The translations under genes were made by a program, and so were the position numbers. A stretch of DNA of 64,000 nucleotides, from the NCBI GenBank assembly GCA_963664635.1, contig OY761542.1:2644112-2708111 (forward strand), given 5' to 3'. Shown one piece after another: positions 53,603-62,851 of the stretch; positions within the stretch are counted from its first letter, which is position 1; every line of letters begins with the position of its first letter. Below the pieces are notes generated by a model. That model searched no databases, was not told the DNA's origin, and worked only from the letters and a program-made list of their open reading frames with translations. This DNA is from Pseudomonadales bacterium. Lineage in GTDB: Bacteria > Pseudomonadota > Gammaproteobacteria > Pseudomonadales > Azotimanducaceae.

Positions 53603-55000
53603 TTATCCCGTGAACGTCGCGCGGCCGCCGACGCCGTGCTTGTTGAGGAGCTTGTGCAGGTGCAGCCCCTCGAGGACGAACTCCACGGCCGCCGCCGCAT
53701 GGGCGGGTCCCGCTTCCCCGGCGAGCCCGGCCACGGCTTCGGCGAGGCCGTCCACCCGTTCGATGATGTCCGCGTAGGCGCCGGCCGGCGCCGCCTCCCC
53801 GACCTCGACCGAGAGGCCGTCGCTGAAGGCGAGGGCGATCGCCTCGAGATCGGACACGTCGAAGCGGCGGTCGAAGACCGCCTTGACGGCGGCGTTCAGG
53901 ATGCGCTGGGTGATCTTGTCCTCCTGGCCCTCGTCCATCGCCTCGAATTCGAGCTTGCCCTGCAGGGCGGGGAGGATGAAGGGCAGGTCGGAAATGCGCG
54001 GCGTGACATCGGTCTCGCCGAGGCGGAGGGCGCGCCGGAAAGCGTTGGCCAGCAGTGCCTCGTAGTCCGCCACCGAGGCGCGCACGGATACCCCCGACCG
54101 CTGGTTGACGTCCGGTGATCGGCGCGCATGGTGCGTCACCTCGGCGACGATCTCGCGCATGTAGGCCGGCACGTCCTGGCGGTATCCGGTCATGTCGAGA
54201 CGCGCGGACTCCTGGTCCATGATCGCGATCTCGTGGGCGATGTCCGCGGGGTAGTGCGTCCGGATCTGGGCACCGTAGCGATCCTTCAGCGGCGTGATGA
54301 TGCGGCCCCGATTGGTGTAGTCCTCCGGGTTGGCCGTCGCCACGAGAAACACGTCGAGGGGCAGCCGGATCTTGTGGCCGCGGATCTGCACGTCCCGTTC
54401 CTCGAGGACGTTCAGGAGGCCCACCTGGATGCGTTCGGCGAGATCCGGCAGCTCGTTGATGGCGAAGATGCCGCGGTTCAGGCGGGGGATCAGGCCGAAA
54501 TGGATCGTGAGCGCGTCGGACAGGTAGCGGCCTTCCGCCACCTTGATGGGGTCGACTTCGCCGATCAGGTCCGCGATCGTGATGTCCGGGGTGGCGAGCT
54601 TCTCCCCGTAGCGCTCGTCCCGATGCATCCACCGGATGGGCGTATCGTCGCCGCCCGCGGCGACGGCGGCCTTGCCCTGCTCGGTGATCGGCGCATGCGG
54701 GTTCTCGGGAATCTCCACGCCCGCGAGCACGGGGGTGTATTCGTCGAGCAACTCGGTCAGGCCCCGCAGGATGCGGGATTTCGCCTGCCCGCGTTCCCCG
54801 AGGAGGATGAGGTCCTGCGCGCCGAGCAGGGCGTTCTGGAGTTGCGGGATGACCGTCTCTTCGTAGCCGACGATGCCGTCGAACAGGCGCTCGCCAGCAC
54901 CGAGTTTCGCGATCAGGTTCCTGCGGAGTTCGGCCTTGACCGGGAGCACCTCGTGGCGGGCCGCCTTCAGTGCCCCGAGCGTAGCTGGCTGGGGATGCAT
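53603..55000 (-). CDS. AAA+ ATPase, Mg-chelatase ChlI/MoxR-like
   Basis: 465 aa from MHPQPATLGAL. LLGERGQAKS (Walker A-like), IFAINELPDL (Walker B), LLNVLEERDVQI, VATANPEDY. It lies 14 nt upstream of the VWA gene. Confidence 0.85.
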   Translation of the reverse strand: MHPQPATLGALKAARHEVLPVKAELRRNLIAKLGAGERLFDGIVGYEETVIPQLQNALLGAQDLILLGERGQAKSRILRGLTELLDEYTPVLAGVEIPENPHAPITEQGKAAVAAGGDDTPIRWMHRDERYGEKLATPDITIADLIGEVDPIKVAEGRYLSDALTIHFGLIPRLNRGIFAINELPDLAERIQVGLLNVLEERDVQIRGHKIRLPLDVFLVATANPEDYTNRGRIITPLKDRYGAQIRTHYPADIAHEIAIMDQESARLDMTGYRQDVPAYMREIVAEVTHHARRSPDVNQRSGVSVRASVADYEALLANAFRRALRLGETDVTPRISDLPFILPALQGKLEFEAMDEGQEDKITQRILNAAVKAVFDRRFDVSDLEAIALAFSDGLSVEVGEAAPAGAYADIIERVDGLAEAVAGLAGEAGPAHAAAAVEFVLEGLHLHKLLNKHGVGGRATFTG

Positions 55001-55126
55001 GTTCCTTCGCGCCTTCCCGCCTTTCCGGTGTGGTGGCGCTTCGAGTGTGTCAGCAACGTCCGGGGATGGCAAACACTACACGGTGTCCGTGCGCCGCCCG
55101 CCCCGCGGGGCGGCGTACGGACGGCG

Positions 55127-56179
55127 TCAGGCGGCGTACTGGTGGGACGTCGCCGCGGCGACAAAGTTCTCCTTGAGGATTCCGTAGTTCTGGATGTCCG
55201 CGTTGACGACGTCCATGCCGTGCTCGAGGACGTAGGCGTAGCTCCGCTGGAAGTCGGAGAGTCGCGCGCCGAGCAGCTTGCCGTCGTAGTGTCCGTCGAA
55301 CGCCTTGCCGTCGCCGCCGCCGAGCCAGCCCCTGCCGGCAAGGAGGCGCCCGGCCTTCATGCCGACCAGTCCGATTCCGGCGGCCCGGGCCGCGTCGAGG
55401 AGGGGCCGCAGGGACTTCATGTCCGGCGTGCCCTCGAGGATCTTCCTGCTCTCCCAGTCGTACCACCCGGCCGGCGTGATCGCGATCATCGCCAGGTCGT
55501 ACCAGCCGCTGTCGATGGCCGCCTGGAGGACGTTCGCCGCGTTTTCGTGGGTGCTCACCCCGTACCAGGAGACCTTCCCCGCCGCCTTCGCGTCCTGAAA
55601 AGCCCGGTACACCTCCTCGGCCCTCACCACGTGCGGATTGTTCGCCCCCATCTGGTAGTAGGCGTCCATGTGGTCCGTGCGGAGCTCGACGAGACTCTCG
55701 TCGAGAATCGTGGCCCAGGTGCGCGCCGCCTGCCTGGCCTGGTCGACGGTGATCTCGTCGTCCGGCGCCACGTCGAGATAGGTCTGGCCCTTGGAGATGA
55801 GGAAGACCTCGTCCCGGTGACGCGCGAGGAAGCTGGACAGGTTGCGTTCGGCGTCCCCGTAGTACCGCCGCGAGCCCACGTCGAAGGTGTTCACCCCGGC
55901 CGCGAAGGCCGACTCGAGCAGCGCGTCGTTCGGCTTGCGCGACAGGGCCGCGCCGCAGCCGAACACCAGGCGACTGGCGTTGAACCCGGTGCGTCCAAGC
56001 GTGCGGTACGTCATCCCCGGCCAGGCTTCGGCCCCGGGGGCGGCGTCTTTCGCGGCGGCCACGGCGGCATGCAGGCTGCCGGAGTGCCACAGCGCCTGGC
56101 TGCCGGCGCCGAGCATCGCGGCGTAGCCGAGGAAGGACCGTCTGCTGGGTGCGCGCGCGCCGTTCGGTTCGGTGGTCAT
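55127..56179 (-). CDS. aldo/keto reductase with Tat signal
   Basis: 350 aa from MTTEPNGARAPSRRSFLGYAAMLGAG (twin-arginine motif). YRTLGRTGFNASRLVFGCG; FDVGSRRYYGDAE. Confidence 0.85.
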   Translation of the reverse strand: MTTEPNGARAPSRRSFLGYAAMLGAGSQALWHSGSLHAAVAAAKDAAPGAEAWPGMTYRTLGRTGFNASRLVFGCGAALSRKPNDALLESAFAAGVNTFDVGSRRYYGDAERNLSSFLARHRDEVFLISKGQTYLDVAPDDEITVDQARQAARTWATILDESLVELRTDHMDAYYQMGANNPHVVRAEEVYRAFQDAKAAGKVSWYGVSTHENAANVLQAAIDSGWYDLAMIAITPAGWYDWESRKILEGTPDMKSLRPLLDAARAAGIGLVGMKAGRLLAGRGWLGGGDGKAFDGHYDGKLLGARLSDFQRSYAYVLEHGMDVVNADIQNYGILKENFVAAATSHQYAA

Positions 56180-56311
56180 CGTCGTCTCCAGGTCGTCGAG
56201 AGCATGGCCCGCCGCCCCGCAGAGGGCGCCGGCCGCCAAGGGGCAATATTCGTCAAGCCGCCTCGCAAGTCAACGACCGGCCGCGCCGCGGCGGCTCTCG
56301 CCCGGGTTGTC

Positions 56312-57088
56312 TCAGACGTCGATATCCACGCCGACGGGGCAATGGTCCGAGCCGATCACTTCCGGCCAGATGAACGCCTCGCGGACCCGCCGCGCGGCGG
56401 ATGGGGAGGCGAACACGTAGTCGATGCGCCAGCCGACGTTGCGTTCCCGGGCGCCGCCCCACTGCCGCCACCAGGTGTAGTGGCCCGCGGCGTCGGGATG
56501 CCGGGCGCGGAAGGTGTCGACCCACCCGGCATCGCACCACCGCGTCAATTCGGCGCGTTCCTCCGGCAGGAAGCCGCTGTTGCGCGTGTTCGAGGCGGGC
56601 CGGGCCAGGTCGATCGGCGCGTGCGCGGTGTTGTAGTCGCCGACCAGGAGCACCGGGCAGTAGCGCCGGAGGGCGTCCAGCCGGTCGAACGCGGCCTGGT
56701 AGAAGGCGAGCTTGTACGGCACGCGGCTGTTGTCGCGGTCGCGCCCGCTGCCCTTGGGGAAATAGACCGACGCCACGGCGAGCCGGCGTGCGAAGCGCGC
56801 GACGACAAAACGGCCCTCGGCGTCGAACGCGGGATCGCCCAGCGAGGTCTCCACGGTGGTGGGGGCGACGCGTGAGTAGATGCCCACGCCGCTGTAACCG
56901 GGCCGCTCGGCCGGGGAGAAGGTCGCGTGCCAGCCATCGGGCGCCGCTACCCGGCGCTCGAGCTGATGGGGAAAGGCCCGGACCTCCTGGATGCCCACGA
57001 CGTCGGCGCCGCAGCCCTGGAGGACGTCGAGGAAGCCCTTCTTCGCGCATGCACGCAGTCCGTTCACGTTCCAGCTCAGTACGCGCAT
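56312..57088 (-). CDS. xth: exodeoxyribonuclease III
   Basis: MRVLSWNVNGLRA......ADVVGIQE, VYFPKG, LLVGDYNTAH..IDL, RIDYVF.S, SDHCPV. Confidence 0.93.
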   Translation of the reverse strand: MRVLSWNVNGLRACAKKGFLDVLQGCGADVVGIQEVRAFPHQLERRVAAPDGWHATFSPAERPGYSGVGIYSRVAPTTVETSLGDPAFDAEGRFVVARFARRLAVASVYFPKGSGRDRDNSRVPYKLAFYQAAFDRLDALRRYCPVLLVGDYNTAHAPIDLARPASNTRNSGFLPEERAELTRWCDAGWVDTFRARHPDAAGHYTWWRQWGGARERNVGWRIDYVFASPSAARRVREAFIWPEVIGSDHCPVGVDIDV

Positions 57089-57180
57089 GGGGTACCACGG
57101 CGAAGGCGACCGGGTGAGGGTACGTGAGCGCGGGCCGGGGCGCCATGCGTCGAGGCGCCCCGCTTGCCGGGCCTGCGCAT

Positions 57181-57210
57181 TTGCCCGCCGCGCCGCGACG
57201 CGGGTATGTT
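57181..57210 (+). promoter_or_regulatory. possible sigma70-type promoter for the structured RNA / hydrolase leader
   Basis: TTGCCC (57181-57186), N18, TATGTT (57205-57210). It lies about 20 nt upstream of the first hairpin. Confidence 0.3.
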
Positions 57211-57232
57211 GCGGCTCGCATTAGCCCGGGTT

Positions 57233-57385
57233 GGGGAAGCTCTGATCAAGAGCTTCCCCAGTGCGGCACAGGGATGTGCCGCCAGATTCGATGGCGTAAG
57301 CCATTGAATCTGTGGAGCAAGACGAAACCACGTTTTGTCTTGCGACCTGATCAAGCCCATGGATGGGCTTGATCAGAGGTTTTTT
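57233..57385 (+). ncRNA. candidate structured RNA (sRNA or 5' leader/attenuator): five consecutive hairpins ending in a U-tract
   Basis: Hairpins at 57233-57259 (11 bp), 57263-57282 (8 bp), 57283-57312 (13 bp), 57318-57342 (11 bp) and 57347-57376 (14 bp), then TTTTTT at 57380-57385. Two non-Watson-Crick positions are G-T on the + strand and would be C-A on the minus strand. This favours a + strand RNA. Confidence 0.45.
57347..57385 (+). terminator. intrinsic-terminator-like hairpin plus T6
   Basis: CTGATCAAGCCCAT-GG-ATGGGCTTGATCAG, then AGG and TTTTTT. It lies immediately upstream of the SD (AGGGGAG) and GTG start of the hydrolase gene. Confidence 0.55.
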
Positions 57386-57400
57386 AGGGGAGAACTGATC

Positions 57401-58819
57401 GTGCGATGGCTTTGGGCCCCGCTTGCGCTGGCCCTCGCGGCGGGTTGCGGTCCGGCAATCGATATCGAGTCGCTGCCGGAAACGCCGGAGCGCCCGCAAC
57501 GCATCGTGGGCATCTGGGAAGGCACGATCGAAATGGCGGGCCTGCGTATGGTCGTCCACGTGGAACGCGCCGACGGCGGCCTGTCGGCCCGGATCGACAG
57601 CCCGGACCAGGGCGCCTACGGCATCGAAGCCGACGCGGTGCGATTCGATGGCCGGCGGCTCGCGCTGCGTGTCGACGCGTTGCCGGCCACGTACTCGGGA
57701 ACGCTGGACGATGGCGGAACGCGGCTGCGGGGCGAGTGGCACCAGGGCGTGGGGATCGACCTTGACCTCGTCAGGGTGGACAAGCCGAGCGAGCGCGTTC
57801 GCGCGCAGACGCCGCAGCCGCCGTTCCCGTACCGCATCGAGGAGGTGACGCTGCCGGGCGGGGGGCCCGACGTCGTGCTCGCCGGGACCCTCACGGTGCC
57901 ACCGGGCGCTGACTATCCGGCGGTGGTGCTGGTCAGCGGCTCCGGACCCCAGGACCGCAACGAAACCATCATGGGACATCAGCCCTTCCGCGTGCTGGCC
58001 GACCACCTGTCGCGCAACGGAGTTGCGGTATTGCGCTATGACGACCGCGGTGTCGGCGCATCCACGGGTGACAGGACGCATGCGGTGACGTCCGACTATG
58101 CCGACGACGCCGCGGCGGCGGTCGGGTACCTGCGGGCGCGTCGCGACATCGACCCGGCCCGCGTCGGCGTGATCGGTCACAGCGAGGGCGGTCTCGTCGT
58201 GGCGGATCTGGCCGCTCATGACCGCGGGTTGTCCTGTGGCGTCATGCTGGCAGGTCCGGCGGTCTCGGGAGCGGAAGTGCACCAGGAGCAGATCCGCCTC
58301 GTCCTGGGCGCGAGCTGGTTTCGACCGGATGCGACGGTCGACAAGGTCGCGGATCTGAACGCGGCACTCTACGGGGCGGCCCGCGGATCGGGAACATGGG
58401 AGCAGCGCCGCGCCGAGGGGCTCGCGATCTATGGCGAACACTACGAGCGTTTCAACTTCGCCGAACGCGCAATGGTAGGCCTGCAGCCCGACGGCGCGCT
58501 CATGGTGGACGTCGTCGTGTCGCCCTGGTTCGCCCACTTCCTGGACTACGATCCCGCGGCGGACCTGGCCGCGGCGCGCGTCCCGGTCCTGGCGCTCTAC
58601 GGCGAACTGGACCTGCAGGTTCCCGCAACCCAGAGCGTCCCGGTGCTCGAAGCCATCGACGCCGACGCCGGCCGCTTCGACATCCGCGTTCTCCCCCGGC
58701 TCAACCACCTGTTCCAGACCGCGGAAACCGGCGCGCCCGACGAGTACGCCTCGATCGAGGAGACCATGGCCCCGGCGGTGCTCTCGACCGTCGCGGCCTG
58801 GGTGGTGGACCGCTGTTGA
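57401..58819 (+). CDS. alpha/beta hydrolase lipoprotein
   Basis: VRWLWAPLALALAAGC lipobox start (GTG 57401 after AGGGGAG). GHSEGG nucleophile elbow. A C-terminal catalytic His region (LNHLF) is plausible. Confidence 0.8.
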   Translation: MRWLWAPLALALAAGCGPAIDIESLPETPERPQRIVGIWEGTIEMAGLRMVVHVERADGGLSARIDSPDQGAYGIEADAVRFDGRRLALRVDALPATYSGTLDDGGTRLRGEWHQGVGIDLDLVRVDKPSERVRAQTPQPPFPYRIEEVTLPGGGPDVVLAGTLTVPPGADYPAVVLVSGSGPQDRNETIMGHQPFRVLADHLSRNGVAVLRYDDRGVGASTGDRTHAVTSDYADDAAAAVGYLRARRDIDPARVGVIGHSEGGLVVADLAAHDRGLSCGVMLAGPAVSGAEVHQEQIRLVLGASWFRPDATVDKVADLNAALYGAARGSGTWEQRRAEGLAIYGEHYERFNFAERAMVGLQPDGALMVDVVVSPWFAHFLDYDPAADLAAARVPVLALYGELDLQVPATQSVPVLEAIDADAGRFDIRVLPRLNHLFQTAETGAPDEYASIEETMAPAVLSTVAAWVVDRC

Positions 58820-59412
58820 GCGCGGCGGATCGACAACGGTGGAACGAGCGGTATCGCCTGGGGGCCTACGCGGATCGCGAACACCCGAGCCCCTGGCTCG
58901 CGTCCTGCCGGCCGCGCGTGGCCGCTGGCCGGGCTCTCGACGTCGCCTGCGGGGCGGGGCGCAACGCCCTGTACCTGGCCGAACAGGGCTTCGCCGTTAC
59001 TGGAGTCGACATCTCCGGGGAGGCCCTCGCGCGGGCCGGGGCGTCGGCCCGCGCCCGCGGACTGACCGTCGATTGGATCGAGCACGATCTGGAAGAGGGG
59101 CCCGGCGCATCCGGTCCCTTCGACCTCGTCCTGCTCGTCCGCTACCTGGATATGGGCCTGCTTCCGGTGCTGTGCCGGGAACTCGCTCCCGGGGGCTGTC
59201 TCGTCGTGGAGGAGCACCTCGCCACGCAGCGCGACGATGTCGCCGGGCCGCGGAATCCGAGGTTCCGGGTCGTTCCGGGAGCCCTGCGGGAGGCCGCGCA
59301 AGGCGTGGAGATCGTCGAGTTCTTCGAGGGCGAGACCACCGACCCGGACGGTCGGCCGGTCGTGCTGGCCCGGCTGCTGGCCCGGCGCCCCCGGGAGGCT
59401 CCGCGCGCATGA
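58816..59412 (+). CDS. class I SAM-dependent methyltransferase (TehB-like)
   Basis: WNERY...ALDVACGAGRNALYLAEQGFAVTGVDIS (motif I). TTG start overlaps the hydrolase TGA (TTGA). The 5' part of ORF 58396..59412 was rejected. Confidence 0.75.
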   Translation: MSAADRQRWNERYRLGAYADREHPSPWLASCRPRVAAGRALDVACGAGRNALYLAEQGFAVTGVDISGEALARAGASARARGLTVDWIEHDLEEGPGASGPFDLVLLVRYLDMGLLPVLCRELAPGGCLVVEEHLATQRDDVAGPRNPRFRVVPGALREAAQGVEIVEFFEGETTDPDGRPVVLARLLARRPREAPRA

Positions 59413-60296
59413 CGGGTCGCGAACGGCCCCCGCGCTCCGCGACGAGCGGTAACGTCGGTCCGGGCGGTCGCCACTGGTGGGGATGGCGCGCCTTCGCTCT
59501 CACGTTGCTGCTCGCCGTCGTCGGCGTGCGTGCCGCGTCAGGCGGCGAGCGCGACGCGGATTCCGGCGTTGCTGCCGCCGAGGGCATTGGCCCGACGCCT
59601 GCCGTCCTGGAGTACGGGGTCCGCGTGGTCGGGATGGGCATGACGTCGAAGGTGACCATCGAGAGCGAGGGCAATGTCCTGTCCATCGCGAGCCGGCTCG
59701 AGGGACCGCGGTTCGCCAGGGCGTTGGCGAGGAACGAACACACCACCCGCTTCGAACTGTGTGACTGCGCACTCCGGCAGCTCTCCTACGTCAACGTCGG
59801 CGGCTTCCTGGCGTGGCGTTTCGACGACCGCGTGGAGTTCGACTGGCGCAACCGCACCATTGACTACCGGGGCCGGGACGAGCACCTGCGTTACGAGTTC
59901 GCCGGCGAGACCTTCGTCGACAAGCTCAGCCAGTACGAGGCGATCGGCTGCCGTCTGCGGCAGGGGCTGCACGCGTTCACCCTGAACTATGTCGACGACG
60001 TCATCGCCCGGTACCGCTTCGAGGTTGCCGGCGAAGAGCCGGTCGAGTCGGAGGCCGGGGTGTTCGAAACGGTGCGCCTGGTCGCGGGACCGGCGGACCA
60101 CATCGAGAGCGGGTCGAGCTATCACGGCGGCGTGACCTATTGGCTCGCTCCGGAACTCGGGTTCTATCCGGTCCGCATTCGCACCGAGTCCCGCGGACCG
60201 TGGGGCATCACCGTGGGGCTGAGGAAGGTCGTTCCGGGGACCGAGCGCCGACAGTGCGTTGACGCCCCCGCCCCCGGCGGAGCCTCCGCCCCGTAA
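59409..60296 (+). CDS. DUF3108-like secreted protein
   Basis: ATGA overlap with the methyltransferase gene. TM/signal segment WRAFALTLLLAVVGVRA. Beta-rich body ending in YWLAPELGFYPVRIR. Family assigned by recollection. Confidence 0.55.
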   Translation: MTGRERPPRSATSGNVGPGGRHWWGWRAFALTLLLAVVGVRAASGGERDADSGVAAAEGIGPTPAVLEYGVRVVGMGMTSKVTIESEGNVLSIASRLEGPRFARALARNEHTTRFELCDCALRQLSYVNVGGFLAWRFDDRVEFDWRNRTIDYRGRDEHLRYEFAGETFVDKLSQYEAIGCRLRQGLHAFTLNYVDDVIARYRFEVAGEEPVESEAGVFETVRLVAGPADHIESGSSYHGGVTYWLAPELGFYPVRIRTESRGPWGITVGLRKVVPGTERRQCVDAPAPGGASAP

Positions 60297-60427
60297 TGGC
60301 CCGTAATGGCGACCCGTGTGGTTGCCCGCCCGGGATCGTGCTTGAATTCGACCGGGGACGCCTCCGGGGCGTCCTCTACAAGGGGCGCACCGCGCAATTG
60401 CACGCGCAACAGGTTCGGAGGTCTGCG

Positions 60428-62851
60428 TTGCTCTCTTCCTATCGCGTACTCGACCTGACCGACCGGCAGGGCATGTTCTGCGGTTACGTCCTGGCGCACC
60501 TCGGTGCGGAGGTCATCGCCGTCGAGCCCCCGGGCGGCTCGGAAGCTCGCTCGGCGCCGCCGTTTCGAGCGGACACGGGAGGGCGGGAAGACGGTCTCTG
60601 GTGGCAGGCCTATGCGCGGGGCAAGTCGAGCTGCGTGCTCGACCTGGCATCCGCCGCGGGCCGGGAGCGTTTCGTGGCACTGGCCGCCGGCGCGGATTTC
60701 GTCATCGAGTCCTTCCCGGCCGCGCAGGCGCGTGTCCTGGGCGTGGACTACGAGACGCTGGCCGCCGGGAACCCGTCCCTCATCGTGGTGTCCGTCTCGC
60801 CGTTCGGCCGCACGGGACCGAAGGCGGACTGGCCCGCCACCGACCTCACCGTGTGGGCTTCTAGCGGCGCGCAGATCCTTGCCGGGGACAGCGACCGGGC
60901 CCCCGTGCGCACCAGCGTGCCGCAGTCCTTCCTGCATGCCGGCGCCGATGCCGCGGCCGCCGCGCTGATCGCGCTCCAGGAGCGTCACCGGAGCGGCCTC
61001 GGGCAGCACGTGGACATCTCCGCCCAACAGTCGTCGGCACAGGCGGCGCTGGCGGCGAACCTGGGCGCGCCCAACAACTCCGGCCTGACCGTGCAGCGGG
61101 TCGCGGGAGGCCTCGCGGGCGCGTTCCCGATACAGCTGACCTGGCCGTGCGCCGACGGGTACGTGGCGATCACGCTGCTGTTCGGCGCGGCGTTCACCGA
61201 CCCGACGCGCAACCTCCTGGCGTGGGTGTACGAGGGTGGCTGCTGCAGCCAGCAGGACGTGGAGACCGACTGGGGGCTGGAGATCGCCGCGATGATGCGC
61301 GAAGAGGCGTCTCCCGAGCCCTACTTCGACCTGTGCCGCAAGATCGGCCGGTTCACGGCAACGCGCACGCAGGAGGCGCTGTTCGAAGAGGGGCTGCGCC
61401 GCGGCGTCTACATCGCCCCGGCGTTCGACGTCGCCGGACTGCTCCGGGAGCGCCAGTTCCAGGAGCGCGACTTCTGGGCGCGGCTGGACGCGGGAACCGA
61501 CGCGCCGGTGCGCGTGCCCGGCGCCTTCTCGAAGCTCTCGAAGAGTCCGTTGACCATCCCCGGGGCCGCGCCCGTGCTCGGGGAGTCGACGGTGGTCCCG
61601 CGCCCGCCGGCCGCGGTGCCGAAGGCGGTCGGGGCGGACGCATCCCTGCCGCTGGCCGGCCTCAAGGTCGTCGATTTCATGTGGGTCATCGCCGGTCCGC
61701 TCTGCACGCGCGTGCTGGCCGATTACGGCGCGACCGTGATCAAGGTCGAATCGAGCATCCGGGTGGATCCCGCGCGGGGCTCGCCGGCGTTCAAGGACGG
61801 CGAACCGGGGGTCGAGACCGGCGTCCCGTTCGCGACGTTCAACGCCGGCAAGATGAGCGTCACGGTCGATCCATCGAACCCGGTCGGCCGCGAGGTCATC
61901 CTGGACCTCGTCCGCTGGGCGGACATCGTGACGGAGTCGTTTTCTCCGAAGGCCATGAAGGGCTGGGGCCTGGACTACGCATCGCTCCGGGAGGTCAATC
62001 CGTCGCTCGTCATGCTGAGCAGTTGCCTGATGGGCCAATCGGGCCCCCGGGCGCAGGTGCCGGGCTACGGGAACATGGCCGCGGCACTGGCCGGCTTTTA
62101 TGACCTCACGGGCTGGCCGGACCGGTCTCCCGCAGGCCCGTACCTGGCCTACACGGACGGCATTGCGCCGCGGTTCATGCTCGCGTCGCTCCTGGGCGCC
62201 CTCGAGCACCGCCGCCGCACCGGCGAGGGCCAGTACATCGACCTCTCCCAGGCGGAGGCGGCCATCCACCTGCTCGCTCCGGCGATCCTCGAGCACGAAC
62301 TCAACGGGCGGGTCTGGCACCGCATGGGCAACCGGGACCTCGAGTTCTGTCCGCACGGCGTCTACCCCGCGGCCGGCGACGACCGCTGGGTCGCGGTCGC
62401 GTGCCAGTCCGACGCGGCGTGGGACGCCCTGTGCGGGGTGATGGGACGCGACGACCTCCGTGCCGACCCGGGGTTGGCGATGGCGTCCGGCCGCCGCGCC
62501 CGCGAAGACGAACTCGACGGCGCGATCGCCCGCTGGACGGAGCGGCGCCCGGAACACGACATCCAGGTCGCGCTGATCGAGGCGGGGGTCGCGGCGCACG
62601 TCGTACAGAACAGCCCGGAGTGCGTGGACGACCCGCAACTCCGGCACCGGCGCCACTTCGTGGCCGTGCCGCACGCCTCGCTCGGCGAGATGGTGGTGGA
62701 GAACACGCGCTCCGTGCTGTCGCGCACGCCCTCGCGGGTCGAGCGGGCCGGCCCCGAGCTCGGCGAGCACAACGTTGCCGTGCTGCAGGACATCCTCGGC
62801 TACGACGACGAGCGCATGGCGGACGTGTTCGCATCGCTTGCCATGGAGTGA
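60428..62851 (+). CDS. tandem (two-domain) family III CoA-transferase (CaiB/BaiF-like fusion)
   Basis: Two full repeats of the fold: YRVLDLTDRQGMFCGYVLAHLGAEVIAVEPPGG and LKVVDFMWVIAGPLCTRVLADYGATVIKVES. Probable TTG start at 60428 with GGAGG 6 nt upstream; ATG 60296 is an alternative. Confidence 0.85.
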   Translation: MLSSYRVLDLTDRQGMFCGYVLAHLGAEVIAVEPPGGSEARSAPPFRADTGGREDGLWWQAYARGKSSCVLDLASAAGRERFVALAAGADFVIESFPAAQARVLGVDYETLAAGNPSLIVVSVSPFGRTGPKADWPATDLTVWASSGAQILAGDSDRAPVRTSVPQSFLHAGADAAAAALIALQERHRSGLGQHVDISAQQSSAQAALAANLGAPNNSGLTVQRVAGGLAGAFPIQLTWPCADGYVAITLLFGAAFTDPTRNLLAWVYEGGCCSQQDVETDWGLEIAAMMREEASPEPYFDLCRKIGRFTATRTQEALFEEGLRRGVYIAPAFDVAGLLRERQFQERDFWARLDAGTDAPVRVPGAFSKLSKSPLTIPGAAPVLGESTVVPRPPAAVPKAVGADASLPLAGLKVVDFMWVIAGPLCTRVLADYGATVIKVESSIRVDPARGSPAFKDGEPGVETGVPFATFNAGKMSVTVDPSNPVGREVILDLVRWADIVTESFSPKAMKGWGLDYASLREVNPSLVMLSSCLMGQSGPRAQVPGYGNMAAALAGFYDLTGWPDRSPAGPYLAYTDGIAPRFMLASLLGALEHRRRTGEGQYIDLSQAEAAIHLLAPAILEHELNGRVWHRMGNRDLEFCPHGVYPAAGDDRWVAVACQSDAAWDALCGVMGRDDLRADPGLAMASGRRAREDELDGAIARWTERRPEHDIQVALIEAGVAAHVVQNSPECVDDPQLRHRRHFVAVPHASLGEMVVENTRSVLSRTPSRVERAGPELGEHNVAVLQDILGYDDERMADVFASLAME

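Noticed and set aside
54128-56875. 915-aa + strand ORF, and 60164..62770 (-) 868 aa, 51558..53777 (+) 739 aa, 48292..50127 (-) 611 aa
   Set aside because: They are antisense to the AAA+ ATPase, aldo-keto reductase and xth genes, to the CoA-transferase, to the VWA gene and to the acyl-CoA dehydrogenase. No recognisable domains.
57335-57400. ATG at 57335 as the start of the alpha/beta hydrolase (ORF-track start)
   Set aside because: The extension would be translated through hairpins 4-5 and the T-tract and adds non-signal-like residues. GTG 57401 follows a good SD and begins a canonical lipoprotein signal.
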